Shown one piece after another: positions 37,473 through 48,043 of a stretch of 64,000 bases of DNA (its first letter is position 1; each line of letters begins with the position of its first letter). The stretch comes from Bdellovibrionales bacterium (GTDB lineage: Bacteria > Bdellovibrionota > Bdellovibrionia > Bdellovibrionales > UBA1609): positions 1,696,001 through 1,760,000 of the forward strand of contig OZ241456.1 of assembly GCA_965200875.1 (NCBI GenBank), written 5' to 3'. Made by a program: the position numbers and the translations under genes. The notes beneath the pieces are model-generated. The model was not told the DNA's origin. It saw only the letters and a program-made list of their open reading frames with translations, and made no database searches.

Positions 37473-38356
37473 GAAACTTTTAAGAAAGAAAGAGGGTGGT
37501 GTTCTTTAATGGTTTTCTTCAGATGTTTTTGTTTGACAGAAGTGTATATCTGAGTGGTTTTTATACTGGAGTGCCCTAGTAAAAACTGAATGCTTCTTAA
37601 GTCTGCACCGTTTTCCAGAAGACTGGTGGCAAAACCGTGGCGAAACTGATGAGGGCTTTTGACTTCCATAAATCCGGCTTTTTTAGACCAAGAGGAAAGC
37701 CATCTCCAAACATCCACCCTAGATGGCCTCTGCCCTTTATTATTGATTAAAACAGAGTGAGTTTTACGCGCTTTCAACAAAGCCGGGCGGTGCTTTTGAA
37801 TATAGTCACTGAGCCGGGTAAAGAGTTCCTGTGTGAGAGGTAAAATTCTTTGTTTTTTTCTTTTGCCAGTGACAATAAGAGAATAATCTAGATCATTTAT
37901 ATCCTGTAAATTCAGCTGAATAATCTCACTAATTCTGCATCCCAGCCCAAACAGTAAAAGCAAAGTAATATGATTTCTAACGGTTTTGTGATTTTCTTTC
38001 ACATTCGCGGATTGATAAAGCTTTTGAAACTCCTCCTGGGAGATAAATCTGGGAAGATTTTTTTGCGCAGGCACGGGTTTAAGTTTTCGTAAAGCTGTGT
38101 TTTCTCCTTTGGATTCCAAAAAACGAAAGTAAGTTCTAATACTGCTGATAATTCTGGCTTTGGATCGAGGGTTTAACCCCTGTTTATCAATATACTCATA
38201 GAAAAGAGAAATATCTCTGTTATCCACATTTTCCTTTAAAAATTGGCTGTAAAGTCGCAAATCTCTTTTGTAAGCGGATAAAGTGTGAACGGAACGATGA
38301 ATTTCCAACTCTTCCAGAAATTGATTGAGGTATTTTTTTCCATGCAAGTTTTTCAT
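37460..38356 (-). CDS. xerD: Tyrosine recombinase XerD/XerC family
   Basis: GCRISE, GKRKKQR, SPHQFRHGFATSLLENGADLRSIQFLLGH...TTQIY. Confidence 0.85.
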   Translation of the reverse strand: MKNLHGKKYLNQFLEELEIHRSVHTLSAYKRDLRLYSQFLKENVDNRDISLFYEYIDKQGLNPRSKARIISSIRTYFRFLESKGENTALRKLKPVPAQKNLPRFISQEEFQKLYQSANVKENHKTVRNHITLLLLFGLGCRISEIIQLNLQDINDLDYSLIVTGKRKKQRILPLTQELFTRLSDYIQKHRPALLKARKTHSVLINNKGQRPSRVDVWRWLSSWSKKAGFMEVKSPHQFRHGFATSLLENGADLRSIQFLLGHSSIKTTQIYTSVKQKHLKKTIKEHHPLSFLKVSYER

Positions 38357-38826
38357 TATGTTGGTGAATAAAAACAGGACCAAGATGGTTCGATTATTAT
38401 ACCTCCGATGCTATATCCCTCTTTAAGAGCTTTTCCCCTCTGTAAAATAATTTGTACATTGGCACTATTCTTTCCAATGGAACAGCTATTAATATTAATA
38501 TTACCAACCGAGAGTCGTGCTTTGCAGTTAAAGGGCAAAAAACTACTGAGGCAAGTGGCAGAGCTGGATTTAATTTTTCCTTTAACAGTGGCACTTCCAT
38601 TATAGTTTAACAGACTGACATTTGTTTTAGGGGGCAAAATAACATGTATATCAACAGCATTTCCCATTACTTCACCTGTTAATTTTACTGATGATTGTGT
38701 GGCCACAGCCGTAGCCTTTGGAGAGGTAGCTTTCTTTGGTCCGATATTTCCTTTTGGTTCTCCACAGCCAGCCAATATAAAAGACAGAATAAATAAAATA
38801 ATAATCTGTAAGTTTATAAGATTCAT
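38356..38826 (-). CDS. Hypothetical lipoprotein
   Basis: LAGC lipobox; AAGGAG RBS before ATG 38826; TAATG coupling to xerD. Confidence 0.75.
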   Translation of the reverse strand: MNLINLQIIILFILSFILAGCGEPKGNIGPKKATSPKATAVATQSSVKLTGEVMGNAVDIHVILPPKTNVSLLNYNGSATVKGKIKSSSATCLSSFLPFNCKARLSVGNININSCSIGKNSANVQIILQRGKALKEGYSIGGIIIEPSWSCFYSPT

Positions 38827-38845
38827 GGTTAACTCCTTTTTTTTT

Positions 38846-39868
38846 CTAATTGTTGTGAACAGCAATGTCACTTCTTTTACTCACGCCAAAGGCTTTTAAA
38901 ATATCCAACCCTATAAAAGTACCCATTTTCTGATAACAGCTATCATCAGGATTAACAGCTCTAAAGGTATCCACTCTATCTCCAGATCTCCATGTCCTGC
39001 AATCAAAAGGACCGCTTGTGAAAAACCAGCACTTTTTGTTTCTGGACGCAAGCGTGGGAATGGGTGACCTGGGAGTCTCTTTATTGTATTGGGAAATATA
39101 TTTTTGATCACGATTGTTACAGGAGTTTTTTCCTTGGAAGGTAGTACGAAATTGCATAGTCCATATAGAACCACTGTATAAGGTAGTGGGTGTAGGATTA
39201 TCTCGATTAGATACAACCGGAGTAACAGAATCCACCACTAAAACTATGGAACCCCCATTTTCCTGAAAAAAACCGTGAAAGTAATCTTTATTATCTTTTT
39301 TAAACCATACATTGTATCTGGCATTGTCTCCCTTTCCTGATCTAAACTGTATTCTTCGGAAATCCTTTTCTCTTCCATGATCACGGTAAGTGATAGTAAT
39401 CTGCCCGGCATAGCGATTGTTATCGGTTTTTCCCAGTTTGACATATACTCTCATGTCTTCAATATCATCCATGCTATTGATAGGAACACCCAATCGAAAG
39501 TCTTCAAATACAGAAGTATCCGTTATGGTCAAAGGCGCGCTTGTGCCATATCTTCCTTCAAGCTCCAAAATCTCTCCGCTTTTATAAAGAGGATCTTTAT
39601 TGCCACTTCCATTTCCTCCTGAGGAACCACTTGAAAAAGCAGTGCCTCTGGGTACATCCGGGTTGAACCCATAGCCAGAATCAGGGGAAGTGGAATCTTG
39701 TGTATTATCTGCGATAGGAGAACCTGGAGTAAAGCCAAAAGAACCGTCATTGCTACCTTGTTGTTGCATATTACTAGGGCCACCCTCTTTTTCCGCACAG
39801 TTTGTCAATAATAATAGAATACAAATTGTTATGAGACTTAATGAAAAAGAAATAATATATTTTTTCAT
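38846..39868 (-). CDS. Hypothetical lipoprotein
   Basis: LTNC lipobox, Ser/Gly linker, Cys-containing C-terminal domain. Confidence 0.75.
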   Translation of the reverse strand: MKKYIISFSLSLITICILLLLTNCAEKEGGPSNMQQQGSNDGSFGFTPGSPIADNTQDSTSPDSGYGFNPDVPRGTAFSSGSSGGNGSGNKDPLYKSGEILELEGRYGTSAPLTITDTSVFEDFRLGVPINSMDDIEDMRVYVKLGKTDNNRYAGQITITYRDHGREKDFRRIQFRSGKGDNARYNVWFKKDNKDYFHGFFQENGGSIVLVVDSVTPVVSNRDNPTPTTLYSGSIWTMQFRTTFQGKNSCNNRDQKYISQYNKETPRSPIPTLASRNKKCWFFTSGPFDCRTWRSGDRVDTFRAVNPDDSCYQKMGTFIGLDILKAFGVSKRSDIAVHNN

Positions 39869-40022
39869 TTCTGAAAGTTCCTTAGTCTGATTTTTGTCCA
39901 AACCAACCCCAAAACACTTCGTTTGAGGATCAATTATATTTTATCTAATCGGAAAAAATAAACCGGATATTAAATTTTTATGAAAATCAGATAAAAAAGG
40001 CATTAAAAACACAGTTGAGCTT

Positions 40023-40805
40023 TTAAGTTGCGTTTTTATTAACATTTTTGACTTGCTGAAAAGCCTCTAGAATATTCATGGGAATTGGAAAGACAATGGT
40101 CTTGGAACCTTCTGAGGAAATTTCATTTAAAGCCTGAAGATAGGCTAGCTGTATGGCAGCAGGGGAGGATGAGATGATTTGTGAGGCCTCTTTCAGTTTT
40201 TCCGCCCTTTGAAATTCCCCTTCGGCACTGATGACCTTGGCCCGGCGCTCTCTTTCCGCTTCGGCTTGACGAGCCATAGCTCTTTGCATTTCCTTAGGGA
40301 GATCAATATGTTTCACCTCCACTTTTGAAATTTTAATGCCCCAAGGTTCTGTTTCATGGTCTAGGATATTTTGAAGAGTGTGATTGATTTTATCTCTTTT
40401 GGCCAGAAGATCATCTAGCTGATATTGCCCAAGAGTGGCTCGTAAAGTGGTTTGTGCTAGCTGATAAGTGGCTTCTCCGTAATTTTCCACTTTAAGAGTG
40501 GCTTTTTCCGGGTCAGTAATACGAAAATAAAGCACAGCATTTACTTTTAAACTGATATTATCTAAGGTAATCACATCCTGAGGCGGAACATCCATAGTAA
40601 TAGTTCTGGTTTCCACTCTTTTAATTTGTTCCACGGCGGGAATCAGAATAATCAGACCGGGGCCACGGACACCCACAAATCGACCGAATCGAAGTACCAC
40701 ACCTCTTTGCCACTCTGGCAGGATTTTGATAACAGAGAAAATGAGAAATAGAGCAACAACGCCAATACCTATTATTGTACCGATACCAATATCGTCATAA
40801 AACAT
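40023..40805 (-). CDS. Slipin / SPFH (band 7) protein
   Basis: QDVITLDN, AQTTLR, MQRAMARQAEAERERRAK. Confidence 0.95.
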   Translation of the reverse strand: MFYDDIGIGTIIGIGVVALFLIFSVIKILPEWQRGVVLRFGRFVGVRGPGLIILIPAVEQIKRVETRTITMDVPPQDVITLDNISLKVNAVLYFRITDPEKATLKVENYGEATYQLAQTTLRATLGQYQLDDLLAKRDKINHTLQNILDHETEPWGIKISKVEVKHIDLPKEMQRAMARQAEAERERRAKVISAEGEFQRAEKLKEASQIISSSPAAIQLAYLQALNEISSEGSKTIVFPIPMNILEAFQQVKNVNKNAT

Positions 40806-40921
40806 AATATCTCCCCCTTTGGATTATGTGTTTTTTTTAAACCAGCTGATTTTTTAACGGGCGACTTATTAGCCATATATAAACCCGACAAATAGGAACT
40901 GTCAAATCTCAATCAATGAAA

Positions 40922-42718
40922 TTAAAATTTGTTTTCCGTAAAAGGCTTCACCTTCAATATTAGATGACTACAGGACAAAACTTTTACCTTATCCCCTTTT
41001 TTTACTGTTTCTTGGCATTCAAATCGCCAATTTTCTCCATTCACGAACAGCAATCCACTGGAGCTATCTTCATTGACATGAACCACTTCCGCAGGCGGAG
41101 CACTTGGATCCATAAAATCATCAATGATTTTTGGTTTTTTTCTTTTGAATGTGCTCAAAGCCAGATAAGTAACAGTGCCCATAAAAAGGGCGAACAAACC
41201 AGTAATGGAAAAAATAAGAGAAACAGGAATATCCACTCCTCCGGTTTTAGCCGGATCAAACAACAAAAAACTGCCTAGCAGAAAAGAAACGACAGCTCCC
41301 GCACCAAATATACCAAAACCGGATATAAATAATTCTGCCAGACACAAAATAACGCTGAGTAACAATAAAATTAGGCCGGCCCAAGAAAAATCCAGTTTGT
41401 GCATTCCCACAAAGGAAATCACCAATCCTATAGCTCCAAGCACACCAGGAGCACCCAAACCCGGATGCGTTATCTCGTAATATAGTAAAAACAGGCTTCC
41501 GGTGAATAGAATATAAATAATTTCCGGGGCCAAAATCAGGGAAACAAGCTGATAACGAAATCCCAGAGGGAGTGGCATAATTTCCCCCACCTGCACTATA
41601 TTTTGTTTTCCGTCTCTGACAATAACCTTTCGCCCTTCAGCAAATTGTAAAAAATCCCGCTTTGTTTTTCCCACAAAATCAATACCTCCTTCTTTTTTAG
41701 CTTCTTTGGCACTAAGGGCTTTGGCTTCAGTAACAATTTCCCGGCCAAACTTTTGACTGCGCTTTCTCAGTTGGGTGAGAGAATCCAGCCAGGAAACAGT
41801 GTCATTAATCAGTTTTTTTCTTAAGTCCTTTGATATTGCCCGTCCTCCACCCGCAATGGGGGTAGCCGCTCCTATATTAGTGGCTTCAATACCACCATTG
41901 ACATGGCAGGCTTGCATGATAATGGCTCCAGCACTTCCTGCGTGCGCGCCGGCTGGATGTATCAAACACAGGACCGGAAAATCCGTGTTTAAAATGCGAT
42001 CCACGATTTTCCGAGTGGTGAACAATAATCCTCCGGGGGTATTAATAAGGAGAAGCAAAGCCGAACAATTTTTTTCGTTTACTGTATGGATAGCTCGGTC
42101 AATTATATCCAAAACAACCGCTCCAATCACTCCTTCTATTTTAAGCTCCACTGTGCAGGGGTTTCTTTTTTGTGTGGTACTCGCGCTTTCTTTGATTCTG
42201 CTTTTCCTTTTTGAGAAAGAAAGTCTTTCAGCAGTATCATCATCAAAACGACTTTTTTCACTGTATGCTCTTTGTTTGTTTTCTTCTTTATGGCCCGGGT
42301 TTTTTGTTGCTAGGCGATCAGAAAACACTGTTTTATTGTTCTCAACTTTTTGTTTGTTCTGTTGTTTTTTTCTTTCGCCGGTGTTTTTGTCAGCATTTTT
42401 CTTTTGGGAATCGAATGGATAAGGTTGTAGATCCTCCCAAAGCTTTTTTATCAGCTCTCTTTTGATAGAAAATAAACCCTGTGGTTTCTTTTTATCAGAT
42501 TGTTCTTTTGCAGGCTCTTTTGTTTGGATGTGCTCTGGCTTTGAAAGTGGCTTTGAAAGCTCTGCTTTATTTGAATCCAAAAATAAATAATTTGACAATT
42601 TGTCAAAAGCCAGACCAGACGGATTGAAAGCAAGCCAAGCTGTTAGGATGCCTGTCATAAAAAGAAACAACCCGGATGTTTTTATATGGTGACGACCCTT
42701 TTTTCGATAATTTTTCAT
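40922..42718 (-). CDS. nfeD: NfeD family membrane-bound serine protease with long N-terminal extension
   Basis: INTPGGL, AGSAG, NIGAATP, C-terminal VNGENW OB fold; coupled to slipin. Confidence 0.9.
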   Translation of the reverse strand: MKNYRKKGRHHIKTSGLFLFMTGILTAWLAFNPSGLAFDKLSNYLFLDSNKAELSKPLSKPEHIQTKEPAKEQSDKKKPQGLFSIKRELIKKLWEDLQPYPFDSQKKNADKNTGERKKQQNKQKVENNKTVFSDRLATKNPGHKEENKQRAYSEKSRFDDDTAERLSFSKRKSRIKESASTTQKRNPCTVELKIEGVIGAVVLDIIDRAIHTVNEKNCSALLLLINTPGGLLFTTRKIVDRILNTDFPVLCLIHPAGAHAGSAGAIIMQACHVNGGIEATNIGAATPIAGGGRAISKDLRKKLINDTVSWLDSLTQLRKRSQKFGREIVTEAKALSAKEAKKEGGIDFVGKTKRDFLQFAEGRKVIVRDGKQNIVQVGEIMPLPLGFRYQLVSLILAPEIIYILFTGSLFLLYYEITHPGLGAPGVLGAIGLVISFVGMHKLDFSWAGLILLLLSVILCLAELFISGFGIFGAGAVVSFLLGSFLLFDPAKTGGVDIPVSLIFSITGLFALFMGTVTYLALSTFKRKKPKIIDDFMDPSAPPAEVVHVNEDSSSGLLFVNGENWRFECQETVKKGDKVKVLSCSHLILKVKPFTENKF

Positions 42719-42928
42719 AATATCAAGCCTTTAAACATTACATAGTCCGCCGTGAAAAACCCATAGTGTTTCAATTATCAATACTTTTTCACGGACTACT
42801 ATTTAATATTTTAACATATTTTTTTTCAAAACACTTATGAAAATTGTTGAAAAAAACAAGCTTCTTTCAAAGACTTGCTTTTTATACAGCTTAAAAATAA
42901 AGTAACATTAGATATTGAATGATCTAGG

Positions 42929-43738
42929 TCATTTTTTCCCGGCTTTTTTTCCACCGATTTTTTTATTCACGCTTTTTCTTTTGGACTTCTTTTTAGCAAC
43001 ATTAAAGCGACTGATAATTTCTTCCATCTTTGGACCGGTTACAGATTTTGTGTGATTATGCTCTCTTATGAAGCATTGATCATCCACATAGCTGATTTTG
43101 GCCTGTGATTCAATTTTTAAACGAATAACAGAAAGCCCTCGATATTTGATGGTGTCCATATTTCTTAAGATACTTGATTTTAGGTGTATGGATTGCACAC
43201 TACTTCTTCCAATAATTGTTTTTTGCAAAGTTTTAGGTTTTTTGCTCCCTTCTCTTACTATTTTATTAATAAGACCAAACAAAGTTTTTATTTCCTGTCT
43301 CAGTTTTTGACTGTCGTATTTCCTGAGTTTTTTTTCTATGTTATTTGCCTCTTTTGTACCACTGTATAAGGCATCCAACTTTTGTTTGCTTCTCTCAAAA
43401 GGTGTTTCCAATAAAACACTTGCCAGAATATCCGCAATCATTTCTTCATCATCGCTTTGCCTCATCTGTTTTGTAGAGAGAATTCCATGATGACACCATA
43501 AAGTGTCTTCCGCACTGATTTTATATCCATGCGATTCTTTTTTTGTGTCAATACTTATGACTGGCATATTAAAAAGCTAAGGAAGGGGGTAGCCCAAAAG
43601 TATACTGTCAATCAATTTTTGTTTTTCATCTACAGTCCAAACAAGTTTTCTCTGATAACGGCGATTAACCAACAACTTTCCATCTCTATACCAAGTATAG
43701 GCTTCCTGTATACTTGAACCTCTAGGTGTTATACTCAT
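42929..43738 (-). pseudogene. Deleted relic of a DUF262 (GmrSD-like) domain gene
   Basis: Hand translation from ATG 43738: MSITPRGSSIQEAYTWYRDGKLLVNRRYQRKLVWTVDEKQKLIDSILLGYPLP*, in frame with ORF 42929-43567; DGxQR motif absent. Confidence 0.75.
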
Positions 43739-43796
43739 AGCGTGCTCCTGTTATTATCACTTTTTCATATTGTGTAAAAATTTAAAAACTTTCAAG

Positions 43797-44288
43797 TTAA
43801 TTTTGAAAGAAAGTTTGCCGGAGAAGATTCCAAGCCTGTTGTTTGGTGTTTTGTATTTTCAGTGAGTCTTTACCTGTAAAATCACTTAGCGGATTTAACA
43901 CACAGCCAGGAACAGATAAGGTCTCTTTCGCATTAATGGATACCGCTTGTGTGATTTTTTTGTTTATCAAAGAATAACCCAAGTTCGCCCCAAAAATCAC
44001 AAAACCTCTGGGAAGAAAACGAGTAAGCAGGTTATCCAACATGGCTTTTTCCAAATGAGTTTGGTTTAACACTTCCAAAATCAGTGCCTGAGAAGAACCG
44101 ATGGCTTTTGCCATTTTTTGAATCAAATGTTTTTCTTCCACGCTCTTCACTGGATCGCAAAAAAACAGGAAGTCAGCTTTTGTTGTTGAGTTGTTTAGCA
44201 GGCGATAGACCGAACGCAAAGCCTCAGGCTGAATAACGGAGGAAACTCCCAAAACAGTACGTACATAATAAAACTGTAACGCATTCAT
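43797..44288 (-). CDS. Hypothetical protein
   Basis: 163-aa ORF with AAGG-like RBS; no recognised family. Confidence 0.65.
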   Translation of the reverse strand: MNALQFYYVRTVLGVSSVIQPEALRSVYRLLNNSTTKADFLFFCDPVKSVEEKHLIQKMAKAIGSSQALILEVLNQTHLEKAMLDNLLTRFLPRGFVIFGANLGYSLINKKITQAVSINAKETLSVPGCVLNPLSDFTGKDSLKIQNTKQQAWNLLRQTFFQN

Positions 44289-44320
44289 TCACATAACCTT
44301 TTTTAATTGCGAGTAAAACT

Positions 44321-44547
44321 TCTTGGTCAAGGTCACTGGCCTTTTAACCACCGATTTAAAATATCTCTTGGTCAAGGTCACTGGCCTTTTAACCACCGAT
44401 TTAAAATATCTCTTGGTCAAGGTCACTGGCCTTTTAACCACCGATTTAAAATATCTCTTGGTCAAGGTCACTGGCCTTTTAACCACCGATTTAAAATATC
44501 TCTTGGTCAAGGTCACTGGCCTTTTAACCACCGATTTAAAATATCTC
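44321..44547. repeat. Perfect 45-bp tandem repeat x5 overlapping the nrdB stop codon
   Basis: TCTTGGTCAAGGTCACTGGCCTTTTAACCACCGATTTAAAATATC at 44321, 44366, 44411, 44456, 44501. Confidence 0.97.
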
Positions 44548-45534
44548 ATCGAAGGCAACTTCTCCTTTTATGCCTACTTGATAGGCAGAGGGTTTTCTCT
44601 CAAAGAAGTTGGTCAGCTCTTGCGTGTCCTGAAGATCCATGAAACTAAACGGGTTTCGAGCTTTGAATTGAGGAGGTATACCCAGTTGCTCCAAACGCGA
44701 ATTAGTAATATACTGAAGATAGGTTTTCATATCTTTCAAGCTAAGCCCCACCACTCCACGCTCTAGGATCTCTTCAGCAAAAGAGAGTTCACAGTCAATG
44801 GCCTCATGGAACATGGCTATAATCATATTATTCATGCTGGGATGAAAAATATCCGGCTGTTCTTTTCTAGCCACTTCAATAACTTTGAAGGCAAATTGAA
44901 TATGAAAGCTTTCATCCCGAAAAACCCAGTTAGTACCTGTAGCCAGTCCGTTTAACAGACCTTTGGAGCGTAAAAAATAAACATACGCAAAAGCCGCGAA
45001 GAAAAACAAGCCCTCAATAGCTCCGGCAAAACAAATCAGGTTCATCAAAAAGCGTCTTTTATCTTCCAGAGTTTCCAATTTTTTTAATTGCTCTATAGTG
45101 TCCATCCATTTAAAGCTAAAATCCGCTTTTTTCTTAATGGAGGGAATCTCATTGATGGCAGAAAAGGCTTTTGCCCTTTCGCTGTGATCAGGAATATAGG
45201 AGTCTAGGAGAGTTAGATAAAATTGTACATGAAGCATTTCCTCATAAAGCTGGCGACCCAGATACATACGAGCTTCCGGGGAGTTAACATGCTTGTATAA
45301 ATTCAAAACCAGATTGTTTCCTACAATGGTGTCACCAGTGGCAAAAAAGGCCACAAGCCTTTGAATCAGAAATTTTTCATTGGGACTCAGTTTTTCATTC
45401 AAGTCCCCAATGTCCGGGCTGAAATCCACTTCATCCACAGTCCATGTATTTTTAATGGCATTTCTGTACATTTCGTAAAACACAGGATACTTCATAGGTC
45501 GCAAAGTCAGTTCGAAACCAGGATCCAATATCAT
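44536..45534 (-). CDS. nrdB: Ribonucleotide-diphosphate reductase beta subunit (class I)
   Basis: FFATGD, EEMLHVQFY, IEGLFF, RDESFH, NFFE; AAGGAGG RBS before ATG 45534. Confidence 0.95.
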   Translation of the reverse strand: MILDPGFELTLRPMKYPVFYEMYRNAIKNTWTVDEVDFSPDIGDLNEKLSPNEKFLIQRLVAFFATGDTIVGNNLVLNLYKHVNSPEARMYLGRQLYEEMLHVQFYLTLLDSYIPDHSERAKAFSAINEIPSIKKKADFSFKWMDTIEQLKKLETLEDKRRFLMNLICFAGAIEGLFFFAAFAYVYFLRSKGLLNGLATGTNWVFRDESFHIQFAFKVIEVARKEQPDIFHPSMNNMIIAMFHEAIDCELSFAEEILERGVVGLSLKDMKTYLQYITNSRLEQLGIPPQFKARNPFSFMDLQDTQELTNFFERKPSAYQVGIKGEVAFDEIF

Positions 45535-45565
45535 TAAAGAGCCTCCTTTATATTTGAGTTTAATA

Positions 45566-48043
45566 TCATTGGCAAGCCTCACATATTTCCGGGTTTTCCA
45601 AGTTCAAGTCAGGACCACCAGATTGTGTGTCATATCCGGCGTTGCCATTTACGGTAACTTTACTGATACCGGTAGCCGGACGGGAGCGAAGATAATATGT
45701 GGTTTTAACACCTTTTTTCCACGCGTACATATACATACTGGAGAGCTTTCCTATGGAAGGGTTTTCAATAAACAAATTCAGGGATTGGCTTTGATCCACA
45801 AAGGGTGCTCTCGCCACACAAAGATCAATCAGGGCTTTTTGGGAAAGCTCCCAAGCTGTTCGATACACTTTTTTTATGTCATCTGGGATTTCAGGGATAT
45901 TTTGGATAGAACCTTCATTGACTTTTATGGCTTGCCGGATTTTTTCCGTCCAAAGACCTTTTTCCCTCAAGGCCGAAACCAAGTATTTATTAATCTGAAT
46001 AAACTCCCCAGATAAAGTCTCCCTTTTGAACAGGTTGGACACCTGAGGTTCAATAGCTTCATATACTCCTGTTATGGAGGCTATGGTGGCAGTGGGAGCA
46101 ATGGCGATAAGAAGAGAGTTTCTAAGTCCGTGTTTTTTAATTCTTTCTTTCAATAGGTCCCATCTGGCTTTATCAGTGGGTTTTTCACGCCATAAGTCAA
46201 ACTGCAATACACCAAGGCTTGCACGGGTATCCTCAAAGGCCGGATGAGGACCTTGTTTTTCACTTATTAGGCAGGAAGTATTAAGAGCGTGATAGTAAAT
46301 TTCTTCCTGAATACGAGCCGATAGGGAAATAGCCTCTTCAGAGTCAAAAGGAATGTTTAATTGAAAAAACAAATCCTGCAATCCCATTACACCAAGCCCC
46401 ACCGGCCTCCATTTTTTGTTGGACGAAAAGGCGTGTCGAATAGGATAAAAATTAATATCAATAACCCGATCTAGAAACAAGATAGCTTTTTCAACCGTGT
46501 TTTGAAGTTTTTCCCAATCCACTTTTTTTTGAGGATGGTAGTGATTTTTCATATTAATGGACCCTAGGTTGCAAACGGCTGTTTCGTTTTTAGAAGTCAC
46601 TTCCAAAATTTCTGTGCAGAGGTTGGATAAATGAATAATATTTTCTTTTTTTAAAGTTTGATTGGACTTTTTGTTACTTTGATCTTTAAAGGTCATCCAG
46701 CCATTTCCCGTTTCCGCCAGAGTTCTCATCATGCGGGAATAAATGGCGCGGGCAGGCACTTGGCGCAAAGCCAAACCCTTTGCTTCCGCGGTTTCGTAAA
46801 TTTTTTCAAACTCCTCACCAAAAGTGTCTGTAAGTTCGGGCACAGTCTTGGGATCAAACAAAGACCACATTTCGTTACCTTCCACCCGTTTCATAAAGAG
46901 ATCCGGAATCCAATTTGCCAAATTAAGATTATGGGTTCTTTGATTTTCATCTCCCGTATTATTTCTTAGCTCCAAAAACTCCTCTATGTCAGGATGCCAA
47001 GGCTCCATGTAAATACAGGCCGCGCCTTTTCTTTTTCCCCCTTGATTGACAGCAGCTACGGAGGAATCCATTGTTTTTAAAAAGGGCACAATCCCTTTGG
47101 AGTGGCCATTAGTACCTTTTATGAGGGATCCTCTGCAACGAATCCGGTTGAAGGACACACCAATACCTCCTGCAAATTTTGAGAGAAGGGCAATATCTTT
47201 ATACTTATCGTAAATGGAGGAAAGGTCATCTGCTGGAGAGTCCAACAAATAACAGGAAGAAAGCTGAGGCAGGTTTGAAGCGGAATTAAATAAAGTGGGT
47301 GAGCTAGGCATGTAGTCTAATTGAGATATTAACTCATAAAACTCCTTGGCTTCCTTAAAAGTATTGGAAAGCCCGCAGGCCACCCGCATAAAGAAATATT
47401 CGGGGGTTTCAATGACTTCCCTAGTTTCCAGATGTTTTAACAGATAGCGATCATAAAGCGTGCGAATACCAAAATATTCCAGTTTCCGGGAGCGATTTTT
47501 ATCCACAACGATATTAAGTGGTTCTTTATGCTCTTTTACAAACTGGTAGGCGGTTTTTGAAATAAGGCCACATTTATACCCGGCTTTTATGGAATCAAAA
47601 AAGTTTTGGATGTTTTGGTTTTGCACTTCTTCATCAATGTATCGAACCATCAAACGAGAAGCCAGTTTAGAGTAATTAGGATCCTCAACGATAAGCAGGG
47701 AGGCGGTTTGAATGCAGAGTTTGTCCAGTTCTTTTGTAGTGGCACCATCGTATAAGCCACTGATGACTTTAGTGGCCACTCTCATAGGATCCACTTCTTT
47801 CAGATGAGAGGCACAAGCTAAAACTACATTTATGATCTTATTGACATTAACTGGCTCTAGGTCTCCGTTCCGCTTTTTTACGCGCATAACTTTGGGACCA
47901 ACAGATTCATCAGTTTCAGGTTTGCTCTTCACTTGTTTTTCCTTTGTTGCCGGCCTTGTTCGCTTATGATTTTCTGGATTTTCCAGGTCAGATTTTTCTA
48001 AAGTCGCACTTTTCCCGGGTTCTTCCACATTTGTTGTATCCAT
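45566..48043 (-). CDS. nrdA: Ribonucleoside-diphosphate reductase alpha subunit with ATP cone
   Basis: VKKRNG ATP cone, SPTLFN, SSCYL, SNLCTEI, VCNLGS, APTAT, KTTYY, CEACQ. Confidence 0.97.
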   Translation of the reverse strand: MDTTNVEEPGKSATLEKSDLENPENHKRTRPATKEKQVKSKPETDESVGPKVMRVKKRNGDLEPVNVNKIINVVLACASHLKEVDPMRVATKVISGLYDGATTKELDKLCIQTASLLIVEDPNYSKLASRLMVRYIDEEVQNQNIQNFFDSIKAGYKCGLISKTAYQFVKEHKEPLNIVVDKNRSRKLEYFGIRTLYDRYLLKHLETREVIETPEYFFMRVACGLSNTFKEAKEFYELISQLDYMPSSPTLFNSASNLPQLSSCYLLDSPADDLSSIYDKYKDIALLSKFAGGIGVSFNRIRCRGSLIKGTNGHSKGIVPFLKTMDSSVAAVNQGGKRKGAACIYMEPWHPDIEEFLELRNNTGDENQRTHNLNLANWIPDLFMKRVEGNEMWSLFDPKTVPELTDTFGEEFEKIYETAEAKGLALRQVPARAIYSRMMRTLAETGNGWMTFKDQSNKKSNQTLKKENIIHLSNLCTEILEVTSKNETAVCNLGSINMKNHYHPQKKVDWEKLQNTVEKAILFLDRVIDINFYPIRHAFSSNKKWRPVGLGVMGLQDLFFQLNIPFDSEEAISLSARIQEEIYYHALNTSCLISEKQGPHPAFEDTRASLGVLQFDLWREKPTDKARWDLLKERIKKHGLRNSLLIAIAPTATIASITGVYEAIEPQVSNLFKRETLSGEFIQINKYLVSALREKGLWTEKIRQAIKVNEGSIQNIPEIPDDIKKVYRTAWELSQKALIDLCVARAPFVDQSQSLNLFIENPSIGKLSSMYMYAWKKGVKTTYYLRSRPATGISKVTVNGNAGYDTQSGGPDLNLENPEICEACQ

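Noticed and set aside
37460..38356. Prophage or island integrase
   Set aside because: Sequence is Xer-like (GADLRSIQFLLGH) with no att sites or phage genes nearby
44321..44547. CRISPR array
   Set aside because: Units are contiguous and identical with no unique spacers; no cas genes in the window
44289..44766. Repeat-containing ORFs (89, 111, 147 aa)
   Set aside because: Open frames are a by-product of the 45-bp repeat and overlap nrdB
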